Origin: Azolla caroliniana
Taxonomy: Eukaryota > Plantae > Polypodiophyta
Direction: 5' to 3'
Assembly: GCA_043228905.1 (NCBI GenBank)
Contig: JBHGNT010000015.1
Location: forward strand, 8,432,001 to 8,496,000
Length of the DNA: 64,000 bases
The notes beneath the pieces were generated by a model. It did not search any database and was not told the DNA's origin. It was given only the letters and a program-made list of their open reading frames with translations. Both the position numbers and the translations under genes were made by a program. Positions 37,024 through 48,799 of the stretch are shown here, piece by piece (within the stretch, counting starts at the first letter, position 1; the number at the start of each line of letters is the position of its first letter).

Positions 37024-37827
37024 CTAATCATGTAGTCGGCATACACTTTCCACTTTGCTCCAATCCTCGATGAGGCCATTTGCACCGTCATCTTCTTCGA
37101 GTTTGAGGCCAATGGCCATCCTTTCCATTCGATCGATTGACTTCACAAACATAAGGACCTTATCGACCCCCACCAATCTTTGTTCCCATTCCGAGAGTTG
37201 AGAAAAACGATGCTCGAAGTTTACGAATTCTTGTTTTGCGTCTTGGTGGGTCTTCGCCGATGTCACCCATTGGTCGAAGTTGCGTCGATCTCCTCCCTTC
37301 AGTCTGTCATAGCCATATTCCTCCAATAGAGCCTTCTCGAAAGTCGCCCACGAATCATTAGCTTCTAGAAGCTCTTTTACATCTTTGAAGATCGGTTGAG
37401 ACACCACCCTACAAAAGAACTCCCACCTCATCGCTTCGTCCACACCTCTTGAATCCATCTCCACATTGTACACTTTTAGAAAACTTTGGACTTTGGCGCC
37501 GTTGAAATAGCTCACTCGCTCGACTACCCTCTCGACGGCTTGTTGGGCTTCATTTCGTCTTTTCCCTTTTACATCTTTGAAGATCGGTTGAGACACCACC
37601 CTACAAAAGAACTCCCACCTCATCGCTTCGTCCACACCTCTTGAATCCATCTCCACATTGTACACTTTTAGAAAACTTTGGACTTTGGCGCCGTTGAAAT
37701 AGCTCACTCGCTCGACTACCCTCTCGACGGCTTGTTGGGCTTCATTTCGTCTTTTCCCTTCTCTCAGAAACTCCATCATACTTTTTGACATTGCCTCCAT
37801 GAGATATTTGGCATTCATCTTCATCAT
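37024..37827 (-). CDS. gag: Gag-like protein with an exact 64-aa tandem duplication
   Basis: AVERVVERVSYFNGAKVQSFLKVYNVEM aligns by eye with host gag AVDRVIELEGQFDGRNITKFLDAYKREM. Confidence 0.8.
   Translation of the reverse strand: MMKMNAKYLMEAMSKSMMEFLREGKRRNEAQQAVERVVERVSYFNGAKVQSFLKVYNVEMDSRGVDEAMRWEFFCRVVSQPIFKDVKGKRRNEAQQAVERVVERVSYFNGAKVQSFLKVYNVEMDSRGVDEAMRWEFFCRVVSQPIFKDVKELLEANDSWATFEKALLEEYGYDRLKGGDRRNFDQWVTSAKTHQDAKQEFVNFEHRFSQLSEWEQRLVGVDKVLMFVKSIDRMERMAIGLKLEEDDGANGLIEDWSKVESVCRLHD
37375..37758. repeat. 192-bp tandem duplication (in frame)
   Basis: Units start at 37375 and 37567. Confidence 0.95.
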
Positions 37828-38329
37828 CCCCTGTTGCTCTTCACGTCGGTTTCACCAAATGATGTCGTGAAGATTCGTGCGTGCGTGTGCTACTCGAGCA
37901 ACCACCGGGGTCTTGGACTGGGGAGGACGTTCGCGGAATTATCGAAGAGATGACAATCAATGTAAGATTGGATGAAATTTGTTCACTTGAGAAGAAGAAA
38001 GATTGTACACTTGAGAAGTAGAAAAATATGAAGAAGATAAAGACGAATATAATTATATTGATGTTAGTGGTGTTGGTGATATCACATATTGAGCCCCTTT
38101 ACACAAGCTCCACTAGGGTTTTTATAGCTCTCTTCATGCACAAAACCATGGGTTTAGAACCATGGTTTTGGGGACACGGTTTTGCTTATGACATGCACAA
38201 TCCTTGGGTTTAGAACCATGGTTTTGTGCACATGGTTTTCTATGGTTGTTTCATCTATAATTCGTATATGAAAGGAAATACATAAAATTTACACTATATG
38301 ATAGTTGTCCTAGTGGTAAGGAAAACATC

Positions 38330-38835
38330 TTGTATCTTAGAAGTGCAAGGTTCAAACCTTGCTTGCACCCCTTTGTATGAAGTCAAGTGCCACTAGGCCT
38401 TAGGCTTATTTGCTAAGTGCATGTGCAATGTTGCACATCCTTGGTTTATTCGTCTCACTCGGTTTCACATCGTAGCCAAAAATTGTCACAACAACGTAAA
38501 CCAATCGGAGGTTCGAAGGTTCCTTGGAGCATGTGCGTTATATCATATCTGGATTCCGCACTACGGTCATGTTGTTAAGCCATTGTATCTTAGAAGTGCA
38601 AGGTTCAAACCTTGCTTGCACCCCTTTGTATGAAGTCAAGTGCCACTAGGCCTTAGGCTTATTTGCTAAGTGCATGTGCAATGTTGCACATCCTTGGTTT
38701 ATTCGTCTCACTCGGTTTCACATTGTAGCCAAAAATTGTCACAACAACGTAAACCAATCGGAGGTTCGAAGGTTCCTTGGAGCATGTGCGTTATATCATA
38801 TCTGGATTCCGCACTACGGTCATGTTGTTAAGCCA
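38330..38835. repeat. 253-bp tandem duplication spanning the LTR/host junction
   Basis: Units start at 38330 and 38583. One C/T difference seen (CATCGTAG vs CATTGTAG). Confidence 0.95.
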
Positions 38836-40783
38836 TTATATGGACTAGTAAAGAAAAGAATGAAGTTCGAATGGCGATGCGAGCATACAAACGCGATGCG
38901 AAGATTGAAGAAACTACTTCTTGAAGCTCCAACACTAGAAAGGACGACTATACCGAAGGGAAGACCAACCGGAATTGGGTGGGTCATCAATCAAGAAGGA
39001 GAAGATAATGCGTGGTATGCCATCCAGTTCGGAGCAAAGGTTCTCAGCGAACGACAATGAGGATACACCCAAGTCAAACAGGAACTTTGGGGTATTGTGT
39101 CGGCAGTGATGACGGACAAAGACTACCTGATCAGGTCAGAAGAGATAATTGAGACAGATTGTCTCCCAATCCTCGGGATGATCTCAGGATGTGCGACACC
39201 TGATCTAGCTATGCTAAGGTGGATCACTTATATTAAATCTTTAAACCTAGAGATCCGCCACATTCCAGGAAAGAAGAACACCATATCTGACATGTGGTCG
39301 AGGGCAAGATTTGAGAATGAAGGTGACATGGTTTCGGAAGATGAAGATGTCACCCTCGACTTCTTCAAGATGGCTCAACTATCGGCATAAGACAAGGTCA
39401 CGCTAACCCTCCACGCCTTCAACATGGACGAGTACGAAAGGGGAGTGGTTACTAATTGACATATTCCTAAGAACAATGACGACGGATGCTTCATTGACGA
39501 AGGAGGAGGCCCTACGAATCCGGAAGAAAGCTTACCAATACTTCTTGAAGGAAGGATTACTTTAGCCACACCCAAAAGGAAGGACAAGAATACCACGTCG
39601 AGTGGTGGTGAAGAAAGAAGAGCAAGTGATGCTAATGACCGAACTCCAGGAGAGTGCTTGGGCAGGTCATAGAGGAACATGGGCGACGTTTGAGAAGTTG
39701 AAGGAGAAGTACTAGTGGCCACCCATGTACAAAGATGTACTCCATTTCGTGTCCACGTGCGAAACATGCCAAGTACATTCGAATATACGTGATCGTGATG
39801 AGCTACGACCGACATACCCGCTCACCATACACTTCAAATGGATGGTGGATCTGGTCTCAATGCCAATGGGAGTGGGACAAATGAAGTACTTAGCTCTAGC
39901 AAGAGAAGACTTGACAAATCAAGTGGAAGGACGGGCCTTGACAAATAAGACGACGTTGGCTGTTTGCAAATATCTACTCGAAGAGGTTGTTTGCCGATAC
40001 GGATGTGTGGGAAAGATAGTCGCCGATCGAGGGGAGTTGGATGCACACGAAGCAACGGAGCTTTTCGAACGACTAGGTGTGAAGCTCTCCCTCACGATTG
40101 CCTACAATCTAGAAGCAAATGGGAAGATCGAGCGAGGGCATGGACCTATCGTCAAAGCCATCGTACGAGCATGCAATGATCGAGTTGGGAATTGGCCACT
40201 ACTATTGCCCTATGCCTTGTGGGCTGACAGAACGACACGCAACTCGGTGACAGGGTATATGCCAATGGAGCTTATGTATGGACAAAAGCCGGTAATGCCC
40301 ATCGAAAGGACGATCGCCTCATGGGTAGCGATACCATGGGAGAACGAGATGAGCCGAGAAGAGTTATTAGCGGCACAGATAAGGCAACGTGAAAGAAGAC
40401 CTGAAGATCTAGAAAAAGTGCAAAAAATGATGGAGGCGGCCCGAGTGAAGAACAAATTTCGGTTCGACAAGATGCATCGACTGCGTCCCAAGAAGATCGA
40501 AGAAGGAGATTGGGTATTGGTCTACGACAATAGCCTTGACAATCAACACAGTACAACAAGAAAGTTCGCAAGAAAATGGTTCGGACCATATGTGGTGACA
40601 AGTGACAACAATAATGCCACATACCACCTTGCGGAGCTAGACGAATCAAGGTTGGTCGTACCCATTGCGGGGAAAAGAGTAAAGATTTTCAAGAAAATAC
40701 AAGACGAGGATCCTGACCTCGATCACCTCGACGATGAAGATAATAGGACGGATGTGAATGAGGACGTGGAAGAATATGATTGA
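38747..40783 (+). pseudogene. pol: Gypsy RT end, RNase H and integrase (ORF 39725-40783 open)
   Basis: EVRRFLG, ETDCLP, CETC, IVADRGE and NGKIERGH, with KWFGPY as the GPY/F motif. Confidence 0.9.
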
Positions 40784-40855
40784 TCACCGCAACTGAAATC
40801 TCGCACTCTCTCTTCTTGGCACGTACCGGAGGACGTGCAGTTTGGTGGGGATGGA

Positions 40856-41746
40856 TGTCGTGAAGATTTTCGGCGATAGTGTGAAACTTGTGAGGAACAT
40901 AAGAAATTGAGTGTGGTTCTTCTCACGAAATATAAAACAATAATAGTGAAGATACTATTTTAAATAAGTTTAATATCTTGGTACAAAAAGATGGAGGTCT
41001 TGAAGAGCTTTTGAATGCACTTTTGGCCAACCAAAACCGAATCGGCAACAGCCGGCGAGGCGGCAGCAACCGGTGACTAGCCGGTGACGGAACTGGATCG
41101 AGATGCGGCGATTGGCCGGTGACGGAACCGGCTAGGGATGCAGACCAAACGGGTGCAAATCGGATGGATCGGTTGATCGCGGTGCATGGTGTCTTAAAGA
41201 TATTTGGTGTAATTACAAGACTAAAAGCCTAATAGTATTTTGTGCTTTAAAAACTGATGTATGCAAGACTTCAACATTGCACCTCCAAGTTGAGAGTCTA
41301 TAGGCTTACCATTAAGCCAAATCATTTCTTTAGGGGTATATTTTTTATGACTATACTTTTACATGTAATTCTCATACATGAGAGCTTAGAGGATGACATG
41401 GCAAGCATGCATTTCATGCATTCCGTGCATGTCTTGCACCCTCACATGCACCATATGCATGGGGGCATCTATGAAAGAGTGGAGGAATCAAGCAAGGGGG
41501 GACTAATGTAAAATAAAAATTGGAATGTAATTTTTGGGGAAAATAATAAGAAAACTCGTTATCCTATTGATATATCTTGTCTCTCAAATCTAAAGTCAAG
41601 CGTTCAATGTTTATCTTAATCTCTCTCTCTTTCAATGTATCTTAAATACTTTCTCACTAAAGCTAGTGCAAACTTCGAATCCTTCTGGTCCAAGACCCCA
41701 GTGGTTCCGCCTCAGGATCCGCACTAAGTGACAGATCTTCACAACA
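40856..41746 (+). repeat. 3' LTR of the Trp-primed Gypsy
   Basis: Direct repeat of 24511-25601, following the PPT. Confidence 0.92.
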
Positions 41747-42153
41747 ACGGGCTGTGGTACTTGCGGCGAAAATCTTCCATAAATTTTCCTAGGTCTCCTT
41801 TGGTGTTTTTGCATCCTTGATGTAGCCAAGCATCTGATCGTGCACACCAGACACGAGGCAGTACAATACTCGGCTAGCTCCTTGCTCCCATGCCGGGAAG
41901 TCTTCGTGTGCCGGCTCCGGTGCTACCTCGTTGGTTCCTTCTACATAGCTCCAATATCCATGCCCCAACAGGTATTGGTGCATTTTATATGACCAGGATG
42001 CATAGTTGCTCCGATGGAGCTTTTCTATGGGAATTGAACTTGCCATACCTCTGTCCATTTCGGTTCTCTACTATTCTTCACCGGGTGTTAGGGTTTGTCT
42101 TCGAAAGCGTTTGTCGGCTGCAGAGGAGTCTCAACCCTCGCGTTTTGATACCA

Positions 42154-42599
42154 TATGAAGGTTCGCGTGTGGAATCTTGACAAAACCGGTTTAGCCAGGT
42201 AGCAATAGAGAATAAAAAATAGGCGTAATGGAAGCTTGAGAGTATTTAGCAAACACAGGAGAGACAGAGAGAGCAAAACATAAACTCTATTAAAAAATAG
42301 CAATCTGTATCAGGCTATAAAACTTTACACATACAACGTGCTAAACAACACTATTTATACAAGTTCTTAAAAGGACTGACAGAAGTACTATGTACTTCAA
42401 TGCTCATACAAGTGGCTAACACTAACTAAGAGGACTCTGACTACCTAGTAGTCTAGGAGTGTAGGCTACTAATAGCCTTCCGGTTCACATTTGAATCTGG
42501 CTCCCCAATCTGGCTCTTAGTTTTGTATACCATCCAGAGACCGATCCGGTTCTGGCTTGTTCAGCCGATCCGGATACCGTTGAGCTTGCTTGCTCAACA
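42154..42599 (-). repeat. 5' LTR of the outer Copia (partner of 21637-22082)
   Basis: Direct repeat with matching ATAAT TSD. Confidence 0.9.
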
Positions 42600-42889
42600 A
42601 TAATGTAACGGTTAATAATATGACCATTACACAAAGAAGACTGTTACATTCTTGTCACATGCACATAATTGTGCATGTGCTCACACATACTTATCCTCAC
42701 ACATTGATATACATTAAACACCTTAGACCATACACATTACACCTTATCCCTCCGTACACCTATACGGATAACACTAGGCTCGAATCAACTGAGCTGGATT
42801 CGGTTGTGTTAGTTGGAGGCCTGGTTTCGGTCAATTCGGAGGCCGATCCCATTTTCTCCATCTCCCAGTCAACAATCTTCTTCTCTTCA

Positions 42890-44150
42890 ATAAAGAAGAT
42901 ATCTCGGCTCTGAATCACCTTCTAAGTAGCTCAAAAATATGCACAATCGATAGCCTAATTCATCTTCACAGTAGCTGAGAAATATGCACGATCAACACTT
43001 GGAATCGAGTATCCCCCTCTAGTCCTTAGCTACATGCACATAGGCAAGGCAATCGACCACCCTCAAATGCCAGTATGGCACCTCTTTGCCAAACCACACT
43101 TTCGGTGGTACATTACCTTCTAGGGGCACTGAGGGAAACATATTTATAATGTAAATGACCACCATCAATCCCTCAGCCCAGAATCTCTTCAGCAACTTCG
43201 AATGTGCCAACATACTTCGAACTCTTTCCACAGTTCATTATCTCGGCTTGCCCATTTAGCTCCGATGTCTTGGCACTATATACTCCACCCGGATACCTTG
43301 ATATTAGTAGTATACTTCCAACTACCCTTGATACTCTCCTATGTTGTCTGTACGGACAACTTTCAACTTCTGTCAGGATTCCCTTTCTGTTTGGGCCTGG
43401 AAATCCTTGAACTGACTCAGTACTTGACCCTTCGTCTTCAGCACGTAAGCCCACAACTTGCGATTGTGATCATAAATGAAGGTTACGAAGTACTATCCAT
43501 CGGAAGGAGATCTTGCATCTACATAGCATACATCGGTGTGACAAGTTCCAAAATAGTTTTCCTCTGCATCAAAGGCCTTGGTCGGAAGGCAACCCCTATT
43601 TTGTTTGCCGGCCAAGCAGTTGACAAATTTGTTTAGATGCACGTTTATCATCTTAGACATGAGATCTTTCTCAAAATGCATCTGCATCCCCTTTTGACTC
43701 ATATGGCATAGCCTCTTGTGCCACAACTCGCCGGTTGTGTTTGTCACCATATTTACCTGGTCTCGGCACAGTTGTGCACACAATACAAACAATGTATTTT
43801 GCTTCTTGGCCCGAGCCACAATCAAGTTCCCCTTGCAAAATTTCCAGATTCCATTCAGGAAGCTACCATTGTAACCCTCATCAACCAACCGTCCATTCTA
43901 TATTAGATTCTGTCTAATATTTGATACATGGCGTACATCCTTGAGTACCATTCTGCAACCTGTCGATGTCAGCAAACATACATTTCCTATTCCCACAATC
44001 TTGCATGCTTGTTTGTTTCCCATCTTCATGTATCCATAGTCGCCAGTTGTATACGATGAGAAACAATCTTTCTTGGGTGTTAGGTGAAATGATGCACTAG
44101 AGTTCACCACCCAAGTAGATTCTTCATCGGCAAGTGCGAACTTTGACACC
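42890..44150 (-). pseudogene. Copia protease/integrase fragment of a third (Tnt1-like) family
   Basis: WVVNSSASFH, LKDVRHV, LWHKRLCHMSQKGM and RFWAEG motifs. Confidence 0.8.
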
Positions 44151-44154
44151 TATC

Positions 44155-45775
44155 GCATCACATCGGCTCAATATGGCTCTTTCCGAATTGGCACACTTTT
44201 TCCAACACTCACTCTCCTTGTGGCCCTTCCGGCCACAACACCAGTTGTCCTTCGCGGCATTTCCTTGCTGGCTTCTAGCTCCACCTTGACTACCCATGCT
44301 CATGGAGGGTCTGGAACTGTTGTCCGCATCTCTATTATCCCTCTGGGTCTACTCCTATCGGCCGCGTCCATGTACAACATCTTGTTCCTATGTCCATGTT
44401 CCTGTTGTTCTACAAGACAAAAACTTGTCTTTGACTTGTTCGCTTTGTTGGTAGCAAAGGATTCTTCTAACCCTTGTGCTCTGATACCATGTAAAGAATT
44501 ACTTGCGAAAGCGTATTCGAAGGACATAGAGTACCCAGTCGGTTATCTGGGAATATCAACAATTAGGTGTATACAAAGTGAGTGAGAGAGACAGACTAAG
44601 TGAGTAGACAAACCAAAAACTTTCATTACTTACTGCTCAGTACATACAATGTGCTCAGTGAGCACTTTTTATACAAGCCCTGACGAGTGGGTTGACAAAA
44701 GTACTAGCAATACTTTAATGCTCATGAATGAGCATGACACTAACTACCTATATTATTCCTATTTACTAAAATAGTAATATGGGCCCCTAATGGTGTCGTG
44801 AGAATTTCCGGCAACGGTGAGAAAACCGGGTGAGAGTGTATAAAATGGCGATGAGCAATGTTTGCACATCAACATCAAGGAAATGTAAATATTTATGAGA
44901 AAGGAAAACGGGACTATAATGTGTTGAAGTGCACTAAGGAGTTAGCAAGAGGTACGTGTGATGAGTACGTAGTGTATATCACACATTAGGTAGTAGGTAG
45001 TAGGGTGGGAGTTAGAAGAGATTTAATGTAACACCCCCTAGAATTGAGGCAAATATCCTCCCCTGAAATAGAGGGAAATATTTTGCCTCCCACATTGTAA
45101 TGTCCCTCCCTTCTTGGACTATAAAAGGACGGGAGGGTCTCTTGTAGAAAGGTTCCCCCATTTTGGTTTTTCTCTCTTCGGTTGTGGGGTCCCATTTTGG
45201 TGTGTTGAGGCGTTTAGGGTCTGAGGTCTCCTGACCTCGTATGCTCTGAGGGTTCAGGTTTTCTGTTGTGTCTCCTACGCAAGGTCTCCAGTAGTGGTAG
45301 TGACCATGAGAGCTCCCCGACTGGAGGCTTGCTTGCAGATATTCATTGTATCTAGTCCGTTCGGTTTAGCTCGAAGCTAGAGATGTAATCAAGTGCTCCT
45401 ATATTTATTTATTTTTATTGTGCATAACTGTCTTTGTCGGTGTCGAATGTGTTTCTTCCTTTCCGTTTCTACACACAAGGTGTGCACGTGTGTGGGTCTC
45501 TCTCTCTCTCTCTCGCTCTCTATCCATTGCTTCTGGTACATATCTGGAAACACTTTAGTCGGTGTCCTAGCTGGACACCAAAACCGGTGAGGTGAAGCTT
45601 GGTCTTTCATCCTCAGTCTCTCTCAGGTTCAAGACCCCGGTGGTCCCACGACCATGGCAACAACTTGTTGGATTCCATGCGACTCGGCATAACTGATCAA
45701 TCTCCATCCGATCCGGCTCCGGCATCTTTAGTAGATCTGGTTCTCAGCTTCGTCAGCCAATTTGGCCCAAGTTGA
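44155..45775 (-). mobile_element. Deleted Copia 5' end: gag scrap, PBS and LTR 44490-~45775 (interrupted by a solo LTR)
   Basis: GCTCTGATACCA at 44478-44489. LTR homologous to 56323-56766. Confidence 0.8.
44794..45653 (+). mobile_element. Solo LTR of the TGTCGTG type
   Basis: TGTCGTGAG...CCCACGACC termini, 4-bp TSD ATGG, TATA-like CTATAAAAG. Absent from the homologous LTR at 56323. Confidence 0.8.
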
Positions 45776-47547
45776 CCTTGGTCGCTCTTCTTCTTGATCA
45801 GGCATGCCCAGGTATGCCGAGTGTAGTCATTGATGAAGGTTACGAAGTAATGACTCCCACCAATACTCACGTTTTGCGTCGCCCCCCACACATCCGAATG
45901 GATTAAATCGAGCATGTTATGGCTCCTATTGCGGTCATTGGTGAATGGAAGTTGGTGATGCTTCCCTAATTGACAGGCTTCGTAGACTTGGCCCTTTCGG
46001 CCACTGAATTTCGGCAAGCCGAAAATGATGTTTTTCGTCTTCATTTCCTGAAGCCATGGGAAGTTGACATGGACAAATCTCTTATGCCACAGATTAATGT
46101 CTAACTCGACCTTTTACTCTTTGGTGAACATAGTGGTGCCAATGTCATTTTTCTCGAGGATAAGCATCCTCTGTTCCTCCCTTCTCGGTGCCCTTGTGCA
46201 ATAATCTGTCCTTCTTCCTCTATGTAGCACCCAAGGTGAGTAAATCGAACTTGCATGCCCTGGTCGACCAGTTTTCTAACTGACACCAGGTTCTTGGTGA
46301 GTTTCTACACATGCAAGACATTTCTCATGATTCCTTCCTCTCTTACTCACATGGCTTAGAGGGACATTATCATCATCGCCAGTTTCGACGATCCCCGACT
46401 GTTCCTTCGTCTCTAAGATCGAGCACCATAACTACTTGTGATTCATCATATGGTTTGATGCTCTACACCTCGTTTGATTTCAAGGTGCCCCCCATATCAT
46501 CAAGTGCGATCAGCATATTGTGATCTTTGATGCCTATCCACATCACCTTGGCTCAATGCGGCTTGGTCCGAATCGGCATGCTTTTTCCAACACTCGCTCT
46601 CTCTGTGGCCCTTCCGGCCACAATACCAGTAGTCCTTCGTGGCCTTTTCTTGCCGGATTCCAGCTCCCCCTTGACTCCCCATGCTTGTGGAGGTTCCGAT
46701 TGTTGGAATCTTTATTATGCCTCTAGTTCTACTCCTATTGGTCGCCGCCATTGTGTACCAATCCGCCTCCATGTACAACATCTTGCTGTCAATGTGTGTG
46801 CTCGTTAACACACCTAATGTGTGCTCGTCAACACACCCATGTGGTTCTCCTCTACGAGGAGCATCGACTGTAAGTCGAATCAGCTCATATTTTTGAGCTA
46901 ACCGCCCAAGGCAAATTTGTACCATCTCATCTTCGTCCACAGTGACACGGATGGACCCAAGTGCATCACAAATCTCCATGATCTTTGTGGTGTAGTAAAT
47001 TACCAACATACCTCCTTGTCAGATGTTGTTGAGCTCCTATTTGAGCTGTAACTTACGGGTTGTGGTGTTGGCAGCAAATATCCTCTTTAGATTCCCCCAA
47101 GCATCCTTTGGTGACTTCGCATCTTTTATATAGTTTAGCATCTAGTCACTCACATAGGACGTGAAGTAGTACAAGACTTGGCTTGTTGCCTAGTCCCAAG
47201 ATGGAAAGTCTCTCTGCGACAACTAAGTGTCATGATAACACTCACATCATGCATCGAAAGGATCATGACACTCACATTATGACTCAAAAGGATTTGAACC
47301 CACGACCTTGTTGTACACATGTCAAATCCTTAACCATTGTATTAATATTCTTAAATGTATAGTCTCTAGAATATGAAATCTAATATCATAGGAATATTCT
47401 ATATTACTCTACATTCTAGAATGACCTAGAATATTCTAGAGTGTTCTATACCACTAGAACCTTGTAGATTTTTTTTTCCTTTCATCTCTTCGTCTTCCAC
47501 AAACCCTAACAAGTTCTCTTCTTCCTTCTCCTCTCCCCTCGTAAGCT

Positions 47548-48558
47548 ATGGAGTCCGTGAGAAAACAAGAATACATGCGTGTTCTTACTGAGCTCGACAT
47601 GCTCACGAATAAATTTGTGGCATTAGAGCATGAGAATCAAAGGCTACTAGGAGATCTACAACACTTGAGCGCCGAAAAAGCTCAACAATATGAAGAGTTA
47701 TCACAACGGGTTCATCAACTCGAGGCGACTATATTGTCATTATGAGAGCAAGCGTCGGGGGCTTAGAACTCCCCTAGAGAGCCAATGATCAGCCTCCCTG
47801 CCAAGTTTGATGGTACGAGGTCTTTATTTCAAGGCTTTTTGAATCAAGTTCGTCTAGTTATTCAGCTACATCCCAATCGATATCCAACTGATGTTGCTCG
47901 TGTGGGATTAGTGGGAACTTTGTTATGTGGTATGGCGTTAGCATGGTTCGCACCACTTCTCGAGAAGAAATCACCATTGCTGGAGGATTTCGAGGCATTT
48001 GTTAAAGAGTTTCAAGCTAGTTTCGAAGACATTGACAGCACTAGGACAACGATAAACAAAATTTGAAGGCTTCGACAAGGAGATCGTCCCGCGTCGGCTT
48101 ATGCAGCTGATTTCCGTCTCTTGGCATGCGATATCCCTTGGGATGAGGCGGCCTTAATGGATCAATTCCGTCAAGGTTTGAGAAATGATGTCAAAGATCT
48201 TCTTCTTACTTTCCCTGAAGATCCGAAGTCACTTACAGAAGCCATTAGTCGAGCCGTGCGATGTGATAATCGCCTATTTGAGCGACGTTTTGAGCGCCAA
48301 CAAATGTTACGGTGCCAACCTGAGCAGACTTACACTTCCGTAGTCGCCACGCCACAACAAGTTTCTAGACCCATTACAAGGGATGGCCCAACTCCGATGG
48401 AAATAGAGTCAACACAATGTCATGGGCCGTTATTAGATGCTGAGAAGCAACGACGTTGAGCGCATTGCCTCTGCCTGTATTGTGGCGGTCCAGGACATAT
48501 AGCTGTAAATTGTCCACATAAACCTAGGCGTCAAGTATACCAAGTAAGTGCCCATTAA
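47548..48558 (+). pseudogene. gag: Chromovirus gag with several stops
   Basis: Coiled-coil N-terminus, PAKFDG, QFRQGL, GPTPMEI and the CLYCGGPGHIAVNC knuckle. Confidence 0.85.
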
Positions 48559-48799
48559 AACCCTACATCGAGTTCTATTGTTACTTCTAATAACATAAAT
48601 AAGCCTCATAGTCCATGCCATGAGAATAGATTCAATGTCTTGAGTCAATTAGAGGATGTGTTAAACGAGTAAGTCCAACCAAAATAGGAGGCATTTGGCT
48701 GGACCATCCTAGCTATGTAGAGTTAGTTCCTAGTCGTGGTTCCATTTCATCAAATCAAGTGAGTCGAGTTTTTTCAGCACAAGTCAAGCTTACCACATC

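Larger units (their letters stand above)
34697..38493 (-). mobile_element. Non-autonomous gag-only LTR element related to the host Gypsy
   Basis: LTRs 34697-36066 (with an insertion) and 37863-38493. Trp PBS TGGTGAAACCGACGTGAA at 37840-37857. PPT at 36067. 4-bp TSD GCAT/ACGT. Gag ORF 37024-37827 and no RT or INT core. Confidence 0.88.
24511..41746 (+). mobile_element. Ty3/Gypsy non-chromovirus element with tRNA-Trp PBS (Phygy-like, tentative), containing two nested insertions
   Basis: LTRs 24511-25601 and 40856-41746 (TGTCGTGAAG...CTTCAYRACA). PBS 25610-25627. PPT TTTGGTGGGGATGGA. gag, RT (FLDD), RH and INT present. 4-bp TSD ACGA/ACGG. Confidence 0.92.
21637..42599 (-). mobile_element. Internally deleted Copia (dominant family), outer shell of a 21-kb nest
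   Basis: LTRs 21637-22082 and 42154-42599. Perfect TSD ATAAT at 21632-21636 and 42600-42604. PBS next to 42153, PPT at 22083. Gag is split at 24510/41747. Confidence 0.92.

Noticed and set aside
21415-42773. A fifth, outermost solo LTR split by the ATAAT insertion
   Set aside because: The flanks look LTR-like, but I found no matching TSD or partner to fix the boundaries.
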